Assembly (NCBI GenBank): GCA_965655095.1
Contig: OZ296657.1
Span: forward strand, 26,040,001-26,104,000
Reading direction: 5' to 3'
Length of the DNA stretch: 64,000 bases
Source: Haplodiscus bocki
Lineage: Eukaryota
In this document: piece after piece, positions 1-11,494 of the stretch
Numbering within the stretch: position 1 is the stretch's first letter
Layout: every line of letters begins with the position of its first letter
Made by a program: the position numbers and the translations under genes
The notes under the pieces: model-generated
Seen by the model: the letters and a program-made list of their open reading frames with translations, nothing else
Told to the model about the DNA's origin: nothing
Database searches by the model: none

Positions 1-1483
1 CAGACAAAAAAATCACAAGTTTTTGTTGGTCATCCTACAAAAATTAGCGCTATGGGCTTGAAAGATGCATATGTTTGACTAGGTTTACAAACGATGAACA
101 TATAAAATCGGTTGATTTGGCCCTTTTGTTTTATTTTGAAACTACAAAGTGACTACTATTCAATGGAATTTTTCTGAAAATTTTGATGATGCTCATAGTA
201 TGTCTTTACTTTACAAGTTCTTAACATCTTCTAAAGGCGGCGACGTTTTGTCATATGGACTTCATCATAGTTTCACAATCCGTGGACTAGAGTTGACTAA
301 TAAATAGGACAAGGCATAGGTCAATGAAGTCAAAAAATTCATTAAAATCAGTATCGACAGCCAAGTTAGCCTATAGGTCAAAAATAGGTCAAAATGGCGG
401 CAATGGGAGAGCGCGCTTCTGACTAAGACTACTCTGGCTGTTTCAGGGCCAGGGATCAAGAGTAGTCTGTCAACCTTACAACGAACTTTTGGTGAATTTT
501 AGCAGCTGATAGCCGATTCGTCGTCTGATTTGTGCTCTCAATTGGTCGTTTACCAAAAAAAAATGCAAATTATTGAAATTTTGGAAATAGTAGTGGCTTT
601 CGTGAAGCAATTCGTCGTATCGCCTTTGTCTAGAATGCCAGATCTTCAATCGTTTCTCACTTTTGCTGAGACGCAAAACCCGGCAGATTACGCTTCACGT
701 CAGAGCTCGCCAGCCTCAGATGCTGCTATAGAGTGATCAGTTTCGAAACTTCGAAAGCTGCAACAAAGGACAAAAGTTTTGCTGATAAATAGAGGAATTT
801 TTTTGTCGCACTTTAGGTGAACAATGAATAAAAGTGTGAACAACTTGTCTAGTTTTCCGTGAACAAACTCAGCTGTTTCAGGTGAACCTGGCTGTTTTCA
901 TGTCAAATAAAGTCAAAATAGTGACAAAATATAGTCAGTTCTTTAGACTTAACCAAGCATTTTCAGGTCAAAATCTGCCTCAATCAGCCAGTAATAAAGC
1001 AGAAACACATAAAAGAAAATTTCATAAGACAGTTGTTTTGAAGGAAGGTTTCAAATTTGGCGACCATCAAGAGAAGGTTAAAAATGGTTCGGTGTGTAAA
1101 TCAACAACAAAGATAATAATGAGGAGAGTGTATTGGTTCATGTAGTCTGCGGTGATGGTGCTAGTCGTGCTATAAAAGGAAAACTTATTATTTTTGATAA
1201 CACTAGGTGTGTACCTCATTATACTCCGAAAATGTGTTGTGAAGCAAAACTAACAAAAAAGTTTTATCTAAGGCACCTACTGAATTGAACGACGTGTAAA
1301 GATCTGTTTTGGTAACAGATATGACAATGGAAAGTAAATGCTTTCTTGAGTTAAGGGTGGAAATTGGAACTCTTGTTTCTATCTTTATTATAGTGGAATT
1401 TCAAAATAGTGATTAGAAAGGACGTAAAACTCAAAACAATGGCGTATTTTATAGGCAACTGTTTGTAAGTGCTCATTTGTTTA
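1..1483 (+). pseudogene. Polinton-like major capsid protein remnant, split by the insertion at 305-991 and 3'-truncated
   Basis: Manual translation DAHSMSLLYKFLTSSKGGDVLSYG...LELTNK | NKAETHKRKFHKTVVLKEGFKFGDHQEK...VPHYTP...KAPTELN..RSV is collinear with the capsid remnants at 20435-21340 and 22935-24146. Confidence 0.7.
305..991. mobile_element. 687-bp non-autonomous insertion with a TAATAAA target-site duplication
   Basis: TAATAAA at 298-304 and 992-998; the capsid reading frame resumes across it; clustered motifs (AGGTCAA, GTGAACAA, GCTGTTTCAGG) near both ends. Confidence 0.7.
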
Positions 1484-2305
1484 TTTGTTTCAACTCTTTT
1501 TGGTTGAGTAAAGTACATGCAATGTCCTAACTAAGATTTCCATTTCCATTATGGGCAACGTAGTTTTTTCCAATCAGACTCTTTGTAAGTCAATTTGTCA
1601 TGAGGTTTTTTAATATGCGGCATTTTGTTTGCCACAGAATCTGTTGACTACGATAGATCAACCTATGTAGCAATTAAGCAAAATGGAAAAAATCTTGTTT
1701 TTTATTTTAAATTAATTGGCTGTTACAAATTTATTTCTACAATAAAACCAGCATCATCTGATTCAAGTATAGTTTCCAGAGATGTGTTTGTATCAGATTC
1801 AGTATATGCATATGGTCAACGCTTCGTCGTAGATAACGTTTACATAAGTTGTTTGCAATATCACCTACTGCTTCACTTCCGCATTTTATAGTATACTTTG
1901 AGCCCATAACACCTGCTAACCATCGTCATTCATTTTCAGTTGCAAGATAATGGTCCTGATTGTGAAAACTTTGCGTTCCTTGATTACTCCCATATAAGTC
2001 ACATTGATAAGTATACCTTGTACAGGGACATACTCCAAAGGATTCAAACCATTCGTTTCATTGGTTTTTTTTCAAACTTATCTATTAAAACAACTTTAAA
2101 AAGTTTACAAAAATGACTGATATTATCCTCTCCTGTTTCATGTTCAGTTCGTTCAAAATTTTTCCACATCTAGTTGTTTCGTCACGATTTGCAGTTTTTC
2201 CTGCTGACTTTGAGAATCATTTTTTGAATTTGAGGTTGATTTTTGGTTTCTATTCGTCGCCAGTTTTTCGAAAAACTCAAAAAGTTTTATCTAATTTTTA
2301 TTAAA

Positions 2306-2512
2306 TTATCTCTCTTTATCTCTAGATGCTTGTATAGTATGAAAAATAGCTTCTTTAAGAGTTGATAAAACACTTTCATCACAACTCGTTTTCATAAACT
2401 TTAAGGAATCAGTGAATGTTTTTCGCCCATAAGTGATTGAAACGATAATCCTTGTCAGAAATTCAACGGTGGAAATTGTTCTTTTTGGCTGATAATTAAC
2501 TGATAAACCCAT
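2306..2512 (-). pseudogene. Degenerate homolog of the small HTH-like gene of these elements
   Basis: Weak similarity (HTIQASRD vs STSQRYRRE) to 50671-50868. Confidence 0.3.
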
Positions 2513-3329
2513 ATGAGTCGTAATTGGTCAACTTATATGAAACCCTTGATACAAAATGTGCAATTATTTCTGTCCATTTAAAACATAATGAGTACTTGCT
2601 GCTCCACGATACTTTCGTGTTTTACGTGTTATACGCATTCATCTTGAGAGTCCTTTTTTACTCCTTTTTCTCCACAAAATTTACTGTAGCATAACCAACA
2701 CTTTTTAGTATCAAAAGTTTTCCTCCACTTTCTTCGAAAATTAAAAATTTTGTCGACAGGTTCTCGTTGTTTTCGATATGTTTTGTCCTTAAAGTTTTTT
2801 TTTCTAAGAATTCTCCTAAACAAGTTTTAATAAACACCTTAGAATATTAGGTAAAAAACAAATATGAAAATTACTTTGATTGTTGGGAATGTGCACCACC
2901 AAAAACAAGAACAGACTTTATTACGAAACGACATAAAAATGAATTTGTTTTCATAAAATAAGGCCCGAGCCGTTGAGATAATGAAACAATTCGAACAGTA
3001 TTATGTTTATATGCAAGGAAAAGGATGAAGAAAAGAAAAGAGAAAATAGTTGATTCTGAAATTGAGATGAGAATCTGTTCTTTCTTTGTCAGATCTTGAT
3101 TAGGAAATCCCAAAAAAAATCGTTTCAAGGTTCGAAAACAGCAAGTTATGCGAGATGCCAATCACTTTCTTTCACGCCTAACGGTGTATTCTTGAAGGTT
3201 GCGAAAAGTGTTTTGACAGACGGATCTGTTAAAAGATTCTATTAATTTTTCAAGTATCAAATTAGACAGTAAAAATAACAACAAAAACATTGTTGAGCCT
3301 GCACGTTTACAATGGAAAATATTGAAAAA

Positions 3330-3718
3330 TTACTTGAAGTCACTTTTAAAAGGAAGATTAATAACATCGTGAAATCCAGCAACTTCTTCTTTTCAAAACT
3401 TGCAGTGATGAAATCCTGCAAATCGTGTTAAAACCGCCAGCGTGGCGTGGATTGTAGTGGCTCTGGAATCAACTTTTTGTACTGCTGCTTGAGGAAACCG
3501 TAGTTTTCAGCTCCAAGGTAGCCTGCAAAAGACAATTTGTGACAAGAGGTTGCAATCATTATCCAATGCTCACCCTACATATTGCTGGGTTGCGTATTTG
3601 TAAGGGCAAAAGTCTCAATAAGAAGAATTGGAACGTATTCAGAGGGAAATGAAGCAAGCTGCCGGTAGCTGAACAGCGGGATACGACTGAGTGTTTCCTG
3701 GAGAGAATTAGTATCCGT
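3330..3718 (-). pseudogene. Classic Maverick/Polinton adenain-like cysteine protease
   Basis: SRIPLFSYRQLASFPSEYVP...FALTNTQPSNM*GEHWIMIA...PEPLQS; GEHW is the catalytic His motif of Polinton proteases. Confidence 0.8.
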
Positions 3719-3719
3719 T

Positions 3720-3915
3720 CTAGAAGTTTTTTCCAACAACACCAAACTTGTCAACTGCAATGGAAGACAATTGTTCTCCCAATACAATGCGTTCAGTGAC
3801 TTGCTCCAGAAGTTAAGTAATGTTTAGCTCCAGCCTCATTGGTTCTGCAACTAGTTCTGGATAATGACAATTTTCAGTAGCATCTTGCATTGAATTCAAA
3901 TCGAGCACTAGTTTA
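3720..3915 (-). pseudogene. C-terminus of a classic Maverick major capsid protein
   Basis: VLDLNSMQDATENCHYPELVAEPMRLELNIT*LLEQVTERIVLGEQLSSIAVDKFGVVGKNF*, directly upstream of the protease. Confidence 0.7.
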
Positions 3916-4088
3916 GATTTCGAAGATATGATATACAGAATGAAACAAAAAATTGAAAAGATGAAAGCAATACTAGAGGTCAAAGAGTTTCATTCTGAAA
4001 ATTTTTCATTTTCATTACCAGAAATAACTCATAATTTAATAAAAAAATCGAAAGAAGTTTTTTCACCATTTATAAAAGCTTCAACCAA

Positions 4089-4480
4089 ATGAGGCTGGAA
4101 AGTTTGAATATGAACTTCTTTCCATACAAAGCTACATTTTTAACCTTATAAAAAAACACAACAGATGCCCAAAATGTGACAAAAAATTATCACTACATTT
4201 GAAAAAAAAAATGTAAAACACGATCGTTTTGATGAAAGTTCAGTGATTGGTACCAGTCAGCCTACTTTTCGAAGTTTTGGAAAAATGAAACGGAGCCTCA
4301 AAACCTAAAGCAGTGAAAACTCCTGGACATATATGCTTTAAAAACCAGAAAAAAATCTTTTCGAATAAGACAACTTTTCTCCGTAAGACGGTGTTGGAAC
4401 CATAATTTAGTTCAAAAAAGGACCAAAACATTTACAGTGTTTTTAGTATAGTAATAAATTTAAACATAAAAATATCTTCA
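4089..4480 (+). pseudogene. Highly degenerate adenain-like protease (element C)
   Basis: Syntenic position before the penton gene; weak similarity to 49070-49500. Confidence 0.35.
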
Positions 4481-4589
4481 AGTACTAACGCTTAAACAAC
4501 CCTTTTTGGAAACAGCTTTAAAAAAAGTAACTTTTACAGTTGTATCGTCAACAAAAAAACGTAGTTTCAAACAATTATACCATTGAAAG

Positions 4590-5660
4590 TTAAGTGGAAG
4601 AAGTATTTCCTCTGGTTACTGAAACACAAAGACACCAAACAACGTAACAGAAACAAGACCGCAGACTCGAGAACTTCTTTTACTAAAACGATTGAAAATA
4701 TTCCGTTTTTATACTCTCAAAAAACAAAAACAAAATCATTGGAAGATACGACTAACCAGTTTAGAAATGAACAGTTTCATTTGAGACTAACAAATGAGAA
4801 TGGGATTTTTAGAAAAAGTATAACGGAACATAAAATTGATCGTTTTAAATTTAATAGATGTGTTTTTAGATGAAAATGTAGCAAATTTTGAAATCAACAA
4901 AGGCTTAGTTTCTGATGAAAGATTAGAACAACAAACTAATGATAAAAGATTGAAGATGGTAAACTACCATACTGTAAAAAGAAATAAAATGTGTTAAATT
5001 TGATGGAAGAACAATTAGTTTTGACTTTCGATAATGGTGGTAATATTGTTAAAGAGAACATCCTAAACACTTACAATCGATATTTTTTCAGTAAGTTAAA
5101 CTTTTTCATTGAATGAAAGGGTTAAAATGAGATTTTAGATATTTTTGGAAACAACGTGATTCTCAATGGTTGGGTTGTGATTTATCAATAGGCGTTTATA
5201 AACACGAAGAGAAAATTAAAACTCCTCCGTTATCTGTTATGTGTAAAGTTTTTGTTGTAACTCTGAAAGCAACTTTGAGGACTTTATAATTTATTGATTC
5301 AACAAAAGATGTTTTTTATGTCTCTGCAGAAATCACCCCACGCTGTTAATACACACCTGCTAAATTTCAAACGTTTACCAAAGTTGAAGAAATGATTGAG
5401 TTTTTGAAGTTAATTATAAAACCGGCTCAACTGACGGAAGCGCTGTAAATGGTCTTTCACAATTTTTTTTCTTTAGATCTGCTCTAGATGAACCACCAGC
5501 GTTCGACTTTTTCCAGGACCCGGACGTTACACATCATGAAAAAATGAAAAAAAGGACTTCAAAAAAAAGTTTACTTTACTTAGAAGATGATAAGAAAAGT
5601 AAAACTGATTTCAGTATTGAGATCCCATCGCTTACAACAATTTTGATAGAAACTAAGGTA
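4590..5660 (+). pseudogene. Minor capsid (penton-like) protein remnant
   Basis: C-terminal DEPPAFDFFQDP...FYLEDDKKSKTDFS matches DKPPDQK...FHLKDNDHKPVTF at 47760-48830. Confidence 0.6.
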
Positions 5661-5699
5661 CAATCCTGGTTTGAAGAATCACAAAGATTCGAAGTTTAA

Positions 5700-6125
5700 T
5701 CTCAATCTTAGTTTCTGAATTTAGTCCAAAAAAATCTCTTTGGGTAATTCGCATTGTGTTGGTGGGTATCACTGGTCTAGTAGCCCAATTTTTGTTGAAT
5801 GTGAACTCACTTTTGTTGGGAAAACGATTCTTTTGTAAATGTACGACGTATCAAAAAATCAAGGATTTTTAATCGAAAAGCTGTAAAAGATGATTGGCTA
5901 GTTAAATTTTTTGTTAGAAACGTAGAACTTTTGCTATATCGGCTAAGAAGTTTGCTACAAACGTAACAAAAGAATCCGGTAGAGCCTCAAAGTAGAAGTA
6001 ATACATGGTAGTTCGGCATCTTAGAATCTATAGAGCTGAAAAGATTTTTAATAACCATCCCATTGCTAAAAGTATCATACTGGTAAGAGTTTAAGTTTCG
6101 GAAGATTTGTCTGGATAAAGTCTGA
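5700..6125 (+). pseudogene. Small Zn-ribbon plus amphipathic-helix virion protein remnant
   Basis: HCVGGYHWS...YHTGKSLSFGRFV; homologous to 25775-26190 and 46260-46640. Confidence 0.5.
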
Positions 6126-6180
6126 CTTCATAAAATATTTATTCCATATTATCTTTTTCGTCGATTGTTTTATATTATAG

Positions 6181-6660
6181 ATGCTTAAACAATAATGAAT
6201 TAACATAAGTTATCTCTATCAGCACCAAAAGATCCATTTATGGATATGATGAACAGATTACAAGACAACAAAACAACTTTCCTAGCTTCAAAAAATCGAC
6301 TAACTGAAAAAATCACTACATGTCTCAGTGACAAAAACACAGAAAAAAAAGAAAATAACAAACACAGGTTGTTAGATACAATTTTGAAGTAAGTTGTTAT
6401 AATCGTATTTCTGCAGCAAACTCTACTCCTGTCTCAAGACTTCCTGCAGGATTTGGACGTATGGTAATTTCGATGTCAACAGGAAGTGACTGTTTTTTCT
6501 GAGATAGAAACGAAGTCCTAAATGACGTTTTTTTATGAAAAAAAACAAACTTGGTATGGAAAACAATTCCGGCGAGCTCAACAATTTTATTGTTTCGAAG
6601 AATCAAAAAGAATTGATTACAAGATTTTGCGGCTGAAAAATACAAAACGTGAACTTCTTC
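6181..6660 (+). pseudogene. Conserved small membrane protein remnant
   Basis: Syntenic with and similar to 45720-46230 (basic stretch followed by hydrophobic helices). Confidence 0.45.
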
Positions 6661-6789
6661 TTAGGATTTTGGACTGAAAGTGTTATTGAGAATAAAAACG
6701 AAAATTTTAAAAACTAAAACAAAAGAAAACAAAAAACTTTTTCAATAACACAATTTTGAACGTAAAACTTCCAGAGAAAAAAACTTGGG

Positions 6790-7529
6790 CAAAAACCTGA
6801 AAGTCAAACCTATTATAGTTTTTGTTCAAAATGATTTTGTGTTTGTTTAAATTATGTTAGGATCAAATGATACATGATAAATTTTGAAAGGAAACAAATA
6901 TGGTGCGTTTTCAATTATAATAGAAGAACGTTTCATCGAAAAACAGTTGTCAAACCTTAAATGTGAGTACAACGAAACTATCATAAATGGAAAAAAGGTA
7001 AAACAATTTTTTGATGCTTTTTTCCAGTCAAAAATTATCCTATATTAAAAAAATAACGAAAAACACAATGGAGTTGTTTGTATAATAACCACATTAATTG
7101 AAGTTGATTCAAAGTTCGATATAGAGGGGAAAATCACCAAAGTTTTTGATAGTGAAGGAGGTATTGTAGTTTCCGATGAATTAGTCGATTAAAGAAAAAG
7201 CAGTCGTTCCTCTACTTACACGAAGATTTAGATGTTTTTTAAGTCCCAATCCTATTTTGACTTATCCTTGAGAACAAGTAGAAAAAACAGTGATTAAAAA
7301 TTTGATAGGAACCTCAGACGATATGGCAGCCAAATATACAGTCATCTTTGGATTTGACATGAGTTATGATGGATTTACTTGTTTTTGTTGAGAACAATGC
7401 AAAGATGAAGCTTTCAAACTTCTGTATGCAGTTGAATTTAAGAAAAGAAATTAGAGAAGGAAATGTATTTGCGAGGAAGGTGAACTTGACAGACACATAG
7501 AATTGAGACCACAAACGAAGCCTTTTTAA
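6790..7529 (+). pseudogene. A32/FtsK-like packaging ATPase remnant
   Basis: HEDLDVF..SQSYFDLSLRTSRKNSD...GFDMSYDGF...QTKPF*, matching the RH..SQ.Y motif region of the other ATPases here. Confidence 0.7.
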
Positions 7530-8410
7530 TGACAAATTTTTATTTATCTTCATTTTCCAAAATTTTTCTTTTTTTTTCTTCTCAGTTTAGAATTGATCTG
7601 GATGCATTAAAAAAATTAGGACGAGTAGAAGAGGAATCAAAACAAGAACGTCTAGAAGGAAAACTAGGTGAACAAGATTTCAAATTTGATCGCCTAGAAT
7701 GTTTGGAACCAATTACAAATACTGTTAAAGAAACGAAAAAAGAAATAAGTAGAGAGACTGGAACACAAACGCTAAAACACTTGTTTGAAAAGATACTCAA
7801 AAAGAATAAGGCGAAAACAAATGCAATTCAAGAATTTCTGGAATGAAAAAATGTACGAGAAAGATGAAAGAGCGAAAGAGATGATGATGAATATGGTGGC
7901 TCCATGGGACACGTTCGCTTTGTGAATGATATGGATAAAGTCCCACGCAATCCTAAAAACAGATACTGACAGTTTGAATTTAGTAAAGAGAGGCTTTCCA
8001 AAGAACATCTTATTTCCGTTTTTGATTGGCCACGACTGGATGTAAGCTTATTTACGAGAGCAATTATTTAAACCTAAAGACAAAATGTAAAGAAATCCAC
8101 TTCTTTTGGACGAGGATTGTCTTCCCACGGCTCCTATTTTTTCTCAAAACAAATGATTGATCTTTTCAAAGTAAAGATAAAATTCTTTGTTTTTTGCCTG
8201 AAGCAGATTTTAGTAGACTGCAAAATGAAGACCTCCTAACTTTTAGAAGAATTAGAGGTTTTATCAGCCAAAAAACTCTCCAGTTGAAGAAGTTAATGAA
8301 AGTTTTTCAAAAAAAAGCTTTCAAAAAAGAAATTGAAGATGTAGCGTAAGAGTCTTTAAAAAATTATTGGATGGGGAAAACCAAATTTCATCAGAATCGG
8401 GTTAAAATAG
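7530..8410 (+). pseudogene. Conserved coiled-coil gene following the ATPase
   Basis: DLDALKKL..KQERLEGKLGEQDF...LEPIT matches DFEKLNKL..RLQDKLGKQKF..FEPVT (44220-44767) and the 60914 ORF. Confidence 0.6.
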
Positions 8411-8559
8411 TCTCCAATCAGAAAACACAAACGCATTTTGTCATTCACAACTATTCTGACGAAAAAACAAAATGACCTGAAAATTGTTGGTGATGGTTTA
8501 ACAGCTACTTATCAATAAATATTCGAAACTGATTGATTTACCCCAACTCAGCTCAAAAA

Positions 8560-10123
8560 AGTTTGATCATTTTTATTGTCAGGTAGATAAATGTATCAAA
8601 TAGGTTTGTTTTTACACTACACCCCATCTTCAACTATTCGACAGACAAAAAAATCACAAGTTTTTGTTGGTCATCCTACAAAAATTAGCGCTATGGGCTT
8701 GAAAGATGCATATGTTTGACTAGGTTTACAAACGATGAACATATAAAATCGGTTGATTTGGCCCTTTTGTTTTATTTTGAAACTACAAAGTGACTACTAT
8801 TCAATGGAATTTTTCTGAAAATTTTGATGATGCTCATAGTATGTCTTTACTTTACAAGTTCTTAACATCTTCTAAAGGCGGCGACGTTTTGTCATATGGA
8901 CTTCATCATAGATTCACAATCCGTGGACTAGAGTTGACTAATAAATGGGACAAGGCATAGGTCAATGAAGTCAAAAAATTCATTAAAATCAGTATCGACA
9001 GCCAAGTTAGCCTATAGGTCAAAAATAGGTCAAAATGGCGGCAATGGGAGAGCGCGCTTCTGACTAAGACTACTCTGGCTGTTTCAGGGCCAGGGATCAA
9101 GAGTAGTCTGTCAACCTTACAACGAACTTTTGGTGAATTTTAGCAGCTGATAGCCGATTTGTCGTCTGATTTGTGCTCTCAATTGGTCGTTTACCAAAAA
9201 AAATGCAAATTATTGAACTTTTGGAAATAGTAGTGGCTTTCGTGAAGCAATTCGTCGTATCGCCTCTGTCTAGAATGCCAGATCTTCAATCGTTTCTCAC
9301 TTTTGCTGAGACGCAAAACCCGGCAGATTACGCTTCACGTCAGAGCTCGCCAGCCTCAGATGCTGCTATAGAGTGATCAGTTTCGAAACTTCGAAAGCTG
9401 CAACAAAGGACAAAAGTTTTGCTGATAAATAGAGGAATTTTTTTGTCGCACTTTAGGTGAACAATGAATAAAAGTGTGAACAACTTGTCTAGTTTTCCGT
9501 GAACAAACTCAGCTGTTTCAGGTGAACCTGGCTGTTTTCATGTCAAATAAAGTCAAAATAGTGACAAAATATAGTCAGTTCTTTAGACTTAACCAAGCAT
9601 TTTCAGGTCAAAATCTGCCTCAATCAGCCAGTAATAAAGCAGAAACACATAAAAGAAAATTTCATAAGACAGTTGTTTTGAAGGAAGGTTTCAAATTTGG
9701 CGACCATCAAGAGAAGGTTAAAAATGGTTCGGTGTGTAAATCAACAACAAAGATAATAATGAGGAGAGTGTATTGGTTCATGTAGTCTGCGGTGATGGTG
9801 CTAGTCGTGCTATAAAAGGAAAACTTATTATTTTTGATAACACTAGGTGTGTACCTCATTATACTCCGAAAATGTGTTGTGAAGCAAAACTAACAAAAAA
9901 GTTTTATCTAAGGCACCTACTGAATTGAACGACGTGTAAAGATCTGTTTTGGTAACAGATATGACAATGGAAAGTAAATGCTTTCTTGAGTTAAGGGTGG
10001 AAATTGGAACTCTTGTTTCTATCTTTATTATAGTGGAATTTCAAAATAGTGATTAGAAAGGACGTAAAACTCAAAACAATGGCGTATTTTATAGGCAACT
10101 GTTTGTAAGTGCTCATTTGTTTA
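8560..10123 (+). pseudogene. Major capsid protein remnant of element C with the insertion at 8946-9631
   Basis: Same sequence as 1-1483 plus the N-terminal part. Confidence 0.7.
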
Positions 10124-11494
10124 TTTGTTTCAACTCTTTTTGGTTGAGTAAAGTACATGCAATGTCCTAACTAAGATTTCCATTTCCATTATGGGCAACG
10201 TAGTTTTTTCCAATCAGACTCTTTGTAAGTCAATTTGTCATGAGGTTTTTTAATATGCGGCATTTTGTTTGCCACAGAATCTGTTGACTACGATAGATCA
10301 ACCTATGTAGCAATTAAGCAAAATGGAAAAAATCTTGTTTTTTATTTTAAATTAATTGGCTGTTACAAATTTATTTCTACAATAAAACCAGCATCATCTG
10401 ATTCAAGTATAGTTTCCAGAGATGTGTTTGTATCAGATTCAGTATATGCATATGGTCAACGCTTCGTCGTAGATAACGTTTACATAAGTTGTTTGCAATA
10501 TCACCTACTGCTTCACTTCCGCATTTTATAGTATACTTTGAGCCCATAACACCTGCTAACCATCGTCATTCATTTTCAGTTGCAAGATAATGGTCCTGAT
10601 TGTGAAAACTTTGCGTTCCTTGATTACTCCCATATAAGTCACATTGATAAGTATACCTTGTACAGGGACATACTCCAAAGGATTCAAACCATTCGTTTCA
10701 TTGGTTTTTTTTCAAACTTATCTATTAAAACAACTTTAAAAAGTTTACAAAAATGACTGATATTATCCTCTCCTGTTTCATGTTCAGTTCGTTCAAAATT
10801 TTTCCACATCTAGTTGTTTCATCACGATTTGCAGTTTTTCCTGCTGACTTTGAGAATCATTTTTTGAATTTGAGGTTGATTTTTGGTTTCTATTCGTCGC
10901 CAGTTTTTCGAAAAACTCAAAAAGTTTTATCTAGTTTTTATTAAATTATCTCTCTTTATCTCTAGATGCTTGTATAGTATGAAAAATAGCTTCTTTAAGA
11001 GTTGATAAAACACTTTCATCACTACTCGTTTTCATAAACTTTAAGGAATCAGTGAATGTTTTTCGCCCATAAGTGATTGAATCAATAATCCTTGTCCGAA
11101 ATTCAACGGTGGAAATTGTTCTTTTTGGCTGATCACTAACTGATAAACCCATATGAGTCGTAGTTGGTCAACTTATATGAAACCCTTGATACAAAATTAC
11201 AAAATATGCAATTATTTCTGTCCATTTAAAACATAATCAGTACTTGCTGCTCCACGATACTTTCGTGTTTTACGTGTTGTACGCATTCATCTTGAGAGTC
11301 GTTTTTCACTCCTCTTTCTCCACAAAATTTACTGTAGCATAACCAACAATTTTTAGTATCAAAAGTTTTCCTCCACCTTCTTCGAAAATAAAAAATTTTG
11401 TCGAGAGGTTCTCGTTGTTTTCGATATGTTTTGTCCTTAAAGTCTTTTTTTTTCTAGAAATTCTCCTAAACAAGTTTTAATAAACACCTTAGAA
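8642..11494 (+). repeat. Copy 2 of the duplication
   Basis: Direct alignment to 1-2844. Confidence 0.97.
8946..9631. mobile_element. Second copy of the 687-bp insertion (one base shorter)
   Basis: Flanked by TAATAAA at 8939-8945 and 9632-9638. Confidence 0.7.

Larger units (their letters stand above)
1..2844 (+). repeat. Copy 1 of a near-identical duplication (period 8641/8640 bp); probably extends upstream of the window
   Basis: 1-2844 aligns with 8642-11494; the copies diverge after TAAACACCTTAGAA; the ORF track shows the same ORFs twice. Confidence 0.97.

Noticed and set aside
426-468. End-to-end junction of two Polinton termini (ACTACT...AGTAGT)
   Set aside because: It lies inside the 687-bp insertion and its flanks do not match the element ends at 33694/37098
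1625-2304. Plus-strand ORFs 1625-1891 and 2113-2304, and many similar short ORFs
   Set aside because: Probably antisense shadows of decayed viral genes; their recurrence is due only to DNA duplication
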